From: Gemmatimonadaceae bacterium
Lineage (GTDB): Bacteria > Gemmatimonadota > Gemmatimonadetes > Gemmatimonadales > Gemmatimonadaceae
Direction of reading: 5' to 3'
Assembly: GCA_035454665.1 (NCBI GenBank)
Contig: DATIGO010000412.1
Span: 1 to 18,401 of the forward strand
DNA: 18,401 nt
Part shown: piece by piece, positions 7,610 to 14,249 of the stretch
Layout of the letters: every line of letters begins with the position of its first letter
How positions within the stretch are numbered: the first letter of the stretch is position 1
Notes under the pieces: model-generated
Databases searched by the model: none
What the model was told of the DNA's origin: nothing
What the model saw: the letters and a program-made list of their open reading frames with translations, nothing else
Position numbers and translations under genes: made by a program

Positions 7610-8585
7610 CGAGGAGCTGCAGGAGACCCGGCCACTCGACGTTGCCGCCGCTGAGCACCGCCACCGTGTCGCCAGCTGCCCGCACGGCCCCCGTACGCAG
7701 CGCTGCCACCGTGATCGCCCCGCTCGGCTCCGCCACCAGCTTGGCGCGGTCCAGCAGGAAGCGCATCGCGTCCCGGATGGCATCGTCCTCCACCGTCACC
7801 ACGTCGTCGAGGAAGGCCTCGTGATGCGCGAACGGGATCGTGCCGATGCGGATGGAGAGCAGGCCGTCGGCGATGCTGTCCGTGTGGTCGAGGGTGACGG
7901 GATGACCCGCCTGACGAGCGCGCGAGAGCTTGGGCGATCCCGCGGGCTCCACGCCCACGATCCGCGCCCGCGGCAACGACCGCTTCACCGCCGTCGCCAC
8001 GCCGGCGCTCAACCCACCTCCGCCCACCGGGACGAGCACCGTCTGCACGTCGGGAAGGTCCTCGACGATCTCCAGGCCGATCGTGCCCTGCCCCGCGATG
8101 ATCGTGGGGTCGTCGAAGGGCGGGACCAGCGTGAGGCCCTGCTCCGCCACCAGCGCAAGGGCGCGATCCATCCGGTCTTTCGTCGTGGTCCCGGCGAGCA
8201 CCACCGTGGCGCCCAGGCGCTCCGCGCCGGCCCGCTTGGGCGTGGTCACCGTGGTGGGCATGACCACCGTCGCCGGCACGCCGAAGAGCTGCGCCGCCAG
8301 CGCCACCGCCTGCGCGTGGTTCCCCGAGCTGGGGGCGATCACCCCACGCGCGCGCGCCTCGGGCGTGAGGCGGGAGAGGTACGTGTACGCCCCGCGGAAC
8401 TTGAAGGCCCCGCCCCGCTGCAGCATCTCCGGCTTGAGCCACACCGGCGCGCCCAGCTCGTCGGAAAGCGCGGCGGACGGCAGCAGCGGCGTCCGCACGG
8501 CGACGCCACGCAGCGTCGTGGCGGCCGCGTGGAGATCCGCCAGCGAGACCAGCTCGGCGGCGGTTTGGGCATGCAGGGTGGTCAT
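7602..8585 (-). CDS. PLP-dependent threonine/serine dehydratase, catabolic type (fold-type II, no ACT regulatory domain); serine racemase or hydroxyaspartate dehydratase cannot be excluded
   Basis: 327 aa. Has the PLP-lysine motif GGAFKFRGAY, the SGNHAQAVALAA motif and the G-rich loop VPVGGGGLSAG, in the order typical of TdcB/IlvA catalytic domains. Start ATG 8585-8583; stop TAG 7604-7602 overlaps the downstream start (ATGGCTAG). Confidence 0.88.
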   Translation of the reverse strand: MTTLHAQTAAELVSLADLHAAATTLRGVAVRTPLLPSAALSDELGAPVWLKPEMLQRGGAFKFRGAYTYLSRLTPEARARGVIAPSSGNHAQAVALAAQLFGVPATVVMPTTVTTPKRAGAERLGATVVLAGTTTKDRMDRALALVAEQGLTLVPPFDDPTIIAGQGTIGLEIVEDLPDVQTVLVPVGGGGLSAGVATAVKRSLPRARIVGVEPAGSPKLSRARQAGHPVTLDHTDSIADGLLSIRIGTIPFAHHEAFLDDVVTVEDDAIRDAMRFLLDRAKLVAEPSGAITVAALRTGAVRAAGDTVAVLSGGNVEWPGLLQLLDG

Positions 8586-8894
8586 GGCGACAGAAGCTGG
8601 CGATCGGACCGCGCCAACCGCGCGGGATGCGAGATCGGATCATCGTCGGGTTCTGAAGCACACCCGGCGACGTACGGCGGTCCACCGAGAATCCGCAATT
8701 TACGCTCCCGCGGCACGTGAGGGGCGGGGCGCTCCCGCTCTCTCGATCCCTCGCCGTAAACCCTTACTGACCAACAGATAGGACCCTGCCGTGGCGGCGC
8801 GACGGGCGGCGAGGCGCCGGCTCCACAACCGCAATTCGCGCCGGTGCGCTCGCGGCGCATCACTCACGAGAGCCGGGTCCCCCTCCCAGCCCGA

Positions 8895-8945
8895 CGACCG
8901 CGACTCTGGATGCGACCCATCCGCCACGCGATTATTAGATCGCTA
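8895..8945 (+). promoter_or_regulatory. Possible promoter for the nfeD-flotillin-kinase operon around the only AT-rich island of the window (gattattagat, 8930-8940), 26 nt upstream of the nfeD ATG
   Basis: TATTAG as a -10-like hexamer with TGCGAC 16 nt upstream as a poor -35. Purely positional and compositional; weak. Confidence 0.2.
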
Positions 8946-8965
8946 CTCCCCCAAGCCACACGCCC

Positions 8966-9562
8966 ATGACCGGTCTGTACTGGTTCGCGCTCGTCGTCGG
9001 CGGCGGGATGTTCCTCTTCTCGCTGTTCGCGGATACGGACCATGGGGGCGACGTCCATGGTGACGGCATCGACCACGATGCCGGGCATCACGATGTGCAG
9101 GGCTTCAAGATCCTCTCGCTCCGCAACGCCACCTATTTCCTGTTCGCGTTCGGCGTCTCGGGCGTGCTGCTCAACTGGATGTGGCAGGGTGGGCGCGGGC
9201 TCCTCACGGCCCTCGTCGCCACGACCCTCGGTGTGCTCGGCGGTGCCATCAGCAGCCTCGCGTTCGGCTGGCTGAAGAAGACGGAGTCCGGTGAGCCCCT
9301 CGGGGACTCGAGCTGGATCGGCGCAACGGGGCAGGTTACGATCCCGCTATCGGCCTCGGGCACCGGGAAGATCCTCGTGGCCCGGGGCCAGCGTGAGCAG
9401 GAGTTGCTCGCCAGGCCGTTCGACGCGGATGCGCGCGATCCGGAACGCTGGTCGGCCGTGATGGTGGTGGAAATGCGACAGGGGATCGCCCTGGTCGCCC
9501 CGAACGACTCCGCGCTGGATGACCCGGAGACTCCGCGCCTCGGCGCAACCTCGGAGAACTGA
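8966..9562 (+). CDS. nfeD: NfeD-like membrane protein (YuaF-type short NfeD: N-terminal TM helices plus C-terminal OB-fold), partner of flotillin
   Basis: 198 aa. TM segments LYWFALVVGGGMFLFSLF and YFLFAFGVSGVLLNWMW...LVATTLGVLGGAISSLAFGWL, then a soluble C-terminal beta-rich domain (GATGQVTIPLSASGTGKILVARGQ...). The gene sits immediately upstream of a flotillin gene (stop TGA 9560-9562, next ATG 9565), the classic yuaF-floT arrangement. Confidence 0.78.
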   Translation: MTGLYWFALVVGGGMFLFSLFADTDHGGDVHGDGIDHDAGHHDVQGFKILSLRNATYFLFAFGVSGVLLNWMWQGGRGLLTALVATTLGVLGGAISSLAFGWLKKTESGEPLGDSSWIGATGQVTIPLSASGTGKILVARGQREQELLARPFDADARDPERWSAVMVVEMRQGIALVAPNDSALDDPETPRLGATSEN

Positions 9563-9564
9563 CG

Positions 9565-11076
9565 ATGCTGGACAATCTCTTTTCGCAGATCGGCGTGATC
9601 GTAGGCGGCGTGGTTCTGGCGCTCATCCTGCTCGCCATTGTCACCATCAAGAACCTCATCGTGCTGGTGCCACCCAACATGGCGGCGGTGATCACCGGGC
9701 GGAAACGCGTGGCCGACGAAGGCACGGTAGTGGGCTATCGGACCGTGATGGGCGGCCGCTCGCTGCGTGTCCCCCTCATCGAGCAGGTGAACTGGCTCTC
9801 GCTCTCCACCGTGCCGCTCGAGCTGTCGGTCGAGGACGCGTTCTCGAAGGGGAACATTCCGCTCACGGTCAAGGCCGTGGCGAACGTGAAGATCGCCTCG
9901 ACGCCCGAGATCGTCTTCAACAACGCCGTCGAGCGCCTGTTGGGCAAGAACATCTCGCAGATCGAGGCGCTGGCGCGCGAGACGCTGACGGGGAACCTCC
10001 GTGGCGTCCTGGCCAAGCTCACGCCCGAAGAGGTGAACGAGGATCGCCTGGGCTTCGCCAAGCATCTCTCCGAGGAAGCCGATCACGATCTCAAGAAGCT
10101 CGGCCTCCAGCTCGACGTGCTGAAGATCCAGCACGTCGCCGATCGCGTGGGATATCTGACGTCGATCGGTGAGAAGCGCACGGCCGAGGCGCTGCGCGAC
10201 GCGGAGATCGCCAAGGCGACCGCCATCGCCGAGACGCGGCTGAAGCAGGCCGAGGCGCGCAAGGTCTCCGAGGTCGCGCAGGCCGAGAACGAAGCGGAGA
10301 TCAAGCAGCGCCAGGCCGCGGCGCGGCAGCTCGCACAGATCGCCGAGGCGGAGGCGGAGGCCGCGATCAAGCAGCAGCAGGCCAACGCCCACAAGCTGGC
10401 CGAGGTGGCCCAGGCACAGGCCGAGGCCGAGATCAAGCAGCAGCAGGCGACGGCACGCCGGCTGGCCGATGTCGCCGCCGCGCAGGCCGACGTCACGATC
10501 GCGGAGGCGCGCAACGAGCTCCGCGTTCGTCAGGCGGAGCTGGGACGCGAGGCCGAGACCACCGAGCGCGTCGCGAAAGTCACGGCCCTCAAGGCGGAAA
10601 CCGAGGCCCGCACCGAGATGGAAGCGCGCCGCGTGGAGATGGAGAAGACGCGTCTCCAGGCCGACGTCGTGCAGCCCGCCGAGGCAAGGCGCCTCGCCGC
10701 GGAATCGGAAGCGCTGGCACTCGCCGCGCCGATACTGCAGCAGGGCAAGGCGCAGGCCGAAGTGCTGCGCATGCTGTACGCGGAGATCCAGAAGGCGGGC
10801 GATACGGGGCTGCAGGTCTTCCTGGCCGAGAAGCTCCCGGCGATGCTGGGCGTGACTGCCGAAGCGATGAAGGACGTGAAGATCGAGCGGCTCACGGTGG
10901 TGGACAGCGGCGGCGGACAGGGAGTCGCGAACGCGGCCACCCAGAAGGTGAGCGCGTCGATCGCGGCGCTGGAGCAGATCGCCGGCGCGCTGGGGCTCGA
11001 CCTCGATCGCCTCGTCAAGCGCATCGGCGGTAACCACAACGACGGCGTCACCGTAGTGCCTCGCAAGATCGAATGA
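9565..11076 (+). CDS. floT: flotillin-like SPFH/Band-7 protein (FloT/YuaG type) with a long EA-rich coiled-coil repeat region
   Basis: 503 aa. ATG 9565 with GGAGA at 9553-9557. N-terminal TM/hairpin IGVIVGGVVLALILLAIVTI, then an SPFH core (VITGRKRV...PLTVKAVANVKI...). Residues about 200-330 are Ala/Glu/Gln-rich heptad-like repeats (AEAEIKQQQA...). Stop TGA 11074-11076. Confidence 0.92.
   Translation: MLDNLFSQIGVIVGGVVLALILLAIVTIKNLIVLVPPNMAAVITGRKRVADEGTVVGYRTVMGGRSLRVPLIEQVNWLSLSTVPLELSVEDAFSKGNIPLTVKAVANVKIASTPEIVFNNAVERLLGKNISQIEALARETLTGNLRGVLAKLTPEEVNEDRLGFAKHLSEEADHDLKKLGLQLDVLKIQHVADRVGYLTSIGEKRTAEALRDAEIAKATAIAETRLKQAEARKVSEVAQAENEAEIKQRQAAARQLAQIAEAEAEAAIKQQQANAHKLAEVAQAQAEAEIKQQQATARRLADVAAAQADVTIAEARNELRVRQAELGREAETTERVAKVTALKAETEARTEMEARRVEMEKTRLQADVVQPAEARRLAAESEALALAAPILQQGKAQAEVLRMLYAEIQKAGDTGLQVFLAEKLPAMLGVTAEAMKDVKIERLTVVDSGGGQGVANAATQKVSASIAALEQIAGALGLDLDRLVKRIGGNHNDGVTVVPRKIE
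10270..10476 (+). repeat. In-frame tandem repeats inside floT: three units of about 66 nt (22 aa) encoding EA-rich coiled-coil units, with a degenerate fourth unit downstream
   Basis: Units EVAQAENEAEIKQRQAAARQLAQIA / EAEAEAAIKQQQANAHKLAEVA / QAQAEAEIKQQQATARRLADVA. The nucleotide repeat gagatcaagcagcagcag recurs at 10298, 10364 and 10430. Confidence 0.65.
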
Positions 11077-11081
11077 GCTGA

Positions 11082-14000
11082 ATGGATCTTCGCGAGCATC
11101 TCCAGCAGGCCTACGGCACGACGTACGACATCGAGCGCGAGCTCGGTGGCGGGGGGATGTCGCGCGTCTTCGTGGCCAACGAGAAGCGGCTGAACCGCAA
11201 GGTCGTCATCAAGGTCCTTTCCACGGAACGCGCCGCCGGCGTGAACGCCGAGCGGTTCGAGCGGGAGATCCAGCTCGCGGCGTCGTTGCAGCAGGCCAAC
11301 ATCGTGCCGATCCTGGCCGCCGGCGAGACCGACGGCCTCCCCTTCTACACGATGCCGTTCGTGGAGGGCGAGTCGCTTCGAGCGCGCCTCGCCACCGAGG
11401 GCCCGCTGCCGGTCGGCGTCGTCGCGAGCGTGCTGCGCGATGTGGCCAAGGCGCTGTCGTACGCGCACGGGCGCGGCGTGGTGCACCGCGACATCAAGCC
11501 GGACAACGTGCTGCTTTCGCACGGCACCGCCGTGGTCACGGACTTCGGCATCGCGAAGGCGCTGTCCGACGCGAGAACCAGCGCCGAAGGCGCCACGCTC
11601 ACCCAGGTCGGCACGTCGCTCGGCACGCCGGCCTACATGGCACCCGAGCAGGCCGCGGGCGATCCCGCGGTGGACCACCGCGCCGACATCTATGCCCTCG
11701 GGTGCATGGCGTACGAGCTGCTCACGGCGCGGACGCCGTTCCACGATCGGACCCCGGCGCGGATGCTCGCGGCGCATGTCACGGAGGCGCCGCCGCCCCC
11801 GTCCCAGTTCCGGCCCGGAATTCCCGCTCCGCTCGAGCAGCTCGTCATGCGATGCCTCGAAAAGGAGCCCGCGCTGCGGCCGCAGTCGGGGAACGAGATC
11901 GTCCAGGCACTCGACGGAGTGGCGAGCGGAAGCACGGGGGTGCTGCCGGCGATTGCACCGCTCCCTTCGCTGGGCCGAACGATCGGCCTGTATGCGGCCG
12001 CCCTCATCGCCGTCGCGATCGTGGCGCGCGCCTCGACGATCGCGCTGGGGGTTCCCGACTGGGTCTTTCCGGGCGCGCTGCTCGTGATGCTGCTGGGGCT
12101 CCCCGTGGTTCTCTTCACGTGGTACGCGCAGCGGCTCGCCGGGCGCGCCGCGAGCACGACGCCGGCGCTCACGCCGGGTGGCTCGCCGGCGCCGCCCGAC
12201 ACCATGACGACGCTGGCACTCAAGGCCGCTCCGCGGCTCACGATGCGGAAGGCCTGGCTCGGCGGCGCGGCGGCGCTGGGCGGCTTCGTGGTGCTCGTGG
12301 CGGCGTTCATGATCCTGCGCGCGCTGGGAATCGGGCCCGCTGGCTCCCTCCTCGCAGCGGGGCAGCTCGAGGATCGCGGCCGCCTCATCGTCACGGCCTT
12401 CCCGTCACCCGATTCATCGCTGGGCACCCTGGTCACGGAGGCCGTGCGCACGAACCTGGGACAGTCGCGTGTGGTCTCGATCATGCCGCCCGTGGCGATC
12501 GCCGCCGCCCTCCAGCGCATGCAGCGCCCGCCCACGACACCATTGAACCTCGAGCTCGCACGAGAGATCGCCCAGCGTGAGGGCGTGAAGGCCATCGTCG
12601 ATGGCGCCATCCAGGCCATCGGCAACGGCTACATCCTCTCGCTGCGCCTGGTCTCGACCGACTCGGCCCGGACGCTCGCCGCCTTCCAGGAAACGGCAAG
12701 CGATCCGGAGGAGATCCTCCGCGCGATCGACAACCTCACACGCAGGCTGCGCGGCAAGATCGGGGAATCACTGCGCGACGTCCGCGTGAGCCCACCGCTG
12801 GAGCAGGTCACCACGCCGTCGCTCGAGGCGCTCCGGATCTATGCCGAGGCCGCGCAGACGATCGATATGGGCGGCAATCCCATCGAGGCCGCGGAGCGAC
12901 TGCGCGAAGCCGTGCGGATCGATACCGGTTTTGCCATGGCCTGGCGCAAGCTCGGCGTCGCCCTCAACAACGCGGGCTTCGCGCGCGAACGTGTGGACAG
13001 CGCCCTCGACCAGGCATACCGCTTCCGTGACCGCCTCTCCGAGCGCGAGCGCCTCATGGCCGAAGGCACGTACTTCCAGCTCGGACCGGGGCGCGATCGG
13101 CGCCGCGCCATTCGCGCCTACGAGGCCCTCCTCGCGGTCGATCCCACCGAAACAGGAGCGGCGAACAACCTCGGGAACATTCTGAGCGGACGGCGTGATT
13201 TCGCGCGCGCCGAGTCCCTGTTCAGAGCCCAGGTGGAAGGTGGCCGCGCCACGTCACAGAACTACACGAACCTCATCGGGGCGTTGTTCAACGGCGGCAA
13301 GATCGACGAGGCGGAGCGTTTCGCGCGGGAGTACCGCGAGCGTTACCCGGGCACGCCCTTCGCGATGACTGCGCCGGCGAACTGGTACTACCAGCGCGGC
13401 CAGATCGACTCGATGCAGATCCTGTACGACAGCCTCGCGAAGCAACAGAACGTCATCGTGCGTATCAACGGCCTCGCGGGACTCGCCAACCTCTCGGTTC
13501 TCCGTGGACGCATCGACGACCTGATGCGGTATTCGGCGCGGATCCGGCCGTTGCAGCAATCCCTTGGCCAGCCACCGAATCACCTCTTCGATTCACTGCA
13601 ACTCTCGCAGCTCGATCTGATTTTCTTCGATGACACCACGCGCGCTGTCCAACGCATGGACGCCGCGCTCCGCGCGCACGACATCGAGACGCTGCCGTTC
13701 CTGCAGCGTCCGTACCTGGCCCTCATCTCGTTCTATGCGAGCGCAGGCGAGGTTTCGCGCGCGCGTGCCCTGCTGGCGAAGCACGACGCCGAAATCCCTG
13801 ATAGCACGCTGCGCCGCATTCGCGAGCCGTCGCGCCACGGCGCGGTCGGCGTCATTGCGATGGCCGAGGGTCGCTATCAGGACGCGGTGCGCGAGTTCTG
13901 GCGCGCCGACACCACGTACGACGGGCCCGATGGGAGCTGCAGCATCTGCGTGCTGGACGACATCGGTTACGCCTGGAGCCGTGCGGGGGCTGCGGACTCC

Positions 14001-14249
14001 GCGCTGCACTACTGGGAGAAGTACCTCGCGACACCCTACATGGGACGCCAGGGCTTCGAGGCAGGCCAGAAACCGCTGATGCTCAAGCGCATGGCCGAGC
14101 TGTACGAGGCGAAGGGTGACTTCGAGAACGCCGCGAAGCGCTACCGGGAATTCATCGCCCTGTGGGAGCGCGCCGATCCGCGCCTGCAGGAAAAGGTGGC
14201 CGATGCGCGGGAGAGACTGCGGCGCATGGCCAACGTCGAAGGACGCTAG
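11082..14249 (+). CDS. Hanks-type serine/threonine protein kinase: N-terminal kinase domain, three predicted TM helices, and a C-terminal domain of about 630 aa (probably extracytoplasmic) with TPR-like repeats
   Basis: ATG 11082 lies 5 nt after the floT stop. Kinase motifs read directly: GGGGMSRVF (G-loop), VVIKVL (catalytic Lys), HRDIKPDNVLL, DFG (VTDFGIAK), GTPAYMAPE. TM segments IGLYAAALIAVAIVARASTIALGV, GALLVMLLGLPVVLFTWY, LGGAAALGGFVVLVAAFMILRAL. The C-terminal part has repeated helical pairs with the Ala/Leu/Tyr spacing typical of TPRs (AMAWRKLGVALNNAGF, AIRAYEALLAVDP, AANNLGNIL...). Stop TAG 14247-14249. Confidence 0.93.
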   Translation: MDLREHLQQAYGTTYDIERELGGGGMSRVFVANEKRLNRKVVIKVLSTERAAGVNAERFEREIQLAASLQQANIVPILAAGETDGLPFYTMPFVEGESLRARLATEGPLPVGVVASVLRDVAKALSYAHGRGVVHRDIKPDNVLLSHGTAVVTDFGIAKALSDARTSAEGATLTQVGTSLGTPAYMAPEQAAGDPAVDHRADIYALGCMAYELLTARTPFHDRTPARMLAAHVTEAPPPPSQFRPGIPAPLEQLVMRCLEKEPALRPQSGNEIVQALDGVASGSTGVLPAIAPLPSLGRTIGLYAAALIAVAIVARASTIALGVPDWVFPGALLVMLLGLPVVLFTWYAQRLAGRAASTTPALTPGGSPAPPDTMTTLALKAAPRLTMRKAWLGGAAALGGFVVLVAAFMILRALGIGPAGSLLAAGQLEDRGRLIVTAFPSPDSSLGTLVTEAVRTNLGQSRVVSIMPPVAIAAALQRMQRPPTTPLNLELAREIAQREGVKAIVDGAIQAIGNGYILSLRLVSTDSARTLAAFQETASDPEEILRAIDNLTRRLRGKIGESLRDVRVSPPLEQVTTPSLEALRIYAEAAQTIDMGGNPIEAAERLREAVRIDTGFAMAWRKLGVALNNAGFARERVDSALDQAYRFRDRLSERERLMAEGTYFQLGPGRDRRRAIRAYEALLAVDPTETGAANNLGNILSGRRDFARAESLFRAQVEGGRATSQNYTNLIGALFNGGKIDEAERFAREYRERYPGTPFAMTAPANWYYQRGQIDSMQILYDSLAKQQNVIVRINGLAGLANLSVLRGRIDDLMRYSARIRPLQQSLGQPPNHLFDSLQLSQLDLIFFDDTTRAVQRMDAALRAHDIETLPFLQRPYLALISFYASAGEVSRARALLAKHDAEIPDSTLRRIREPSRHGAVGVIAMAEGRYQDAVREFWRADTTYDGPDGSCSICVLDDIGYAWSRAGAADSALHYWEKYLATPYMGRQGFEAGQKPLMLKRMAELYEAKGDFENAAKRYREFIALWERADPRLQEKVADARERLRRMANVEGR

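Noticed and set aside
6302-7654. 450-aa plus-strand ORF antisense to the REC-GAF-GGDEF gene, and small ORFs 7104-7550 and 6612-6956
   Set aside because: The minus-strand frame encodes recognisable REC, GAF and GGEEF motifs. The antisense products are low-complexity.
7557-8781. ORFs 7557-8720 (+), 7588-8685 (-, alternate frame), 7930-8781 (+) and 8339-8572 (-) overlapping the PLP dehydratase
   Set aside because: Only the 7602-8585 minus frame has the PLP-lysine and Gly-rich loop motifs. The others are Arg/Gly/Pro-rich GC artefacts.
8693-8836. CCGCAATT 8-mer occurring twice (8693-8700 and 8829-8836) in the long intergenic region, each followed by a CGC...GCGG segment
   Set aside because: Two copies of one 8-mer within 380 bp of biased composition is about what chance predicts. 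The flanking similarity is weak. Not enough to call a binding site without genome-wide statistics.
8582-8927. Minus-strand ORFs 8582-8863 (93 aa) and 8700-8927 (75 aa) inside the 380-bp intergenic region
   Set aside because: The products (MMRRERTGANCGCGAGASPP..., MADGSHPESRSSGWEGD...) are Arg/Gly/Pro-rich without hydrophobic or motif structure and have no RBS. They are typical GC-rich intergenic read-through.
9133-11037. 634-aa stop-free ORF on the minus strand across the whole flotillin gene
   Set aside because: It is antisense to a gene with clear SPFH/flotillin features. Its product is Arg/Leu/Gly-rich low complexity with no motifs. The floT coding strand is dominated by GAG/GCC/GCG/CAG codons whose complements never give stop codons. 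This is a GC-codon artefact.
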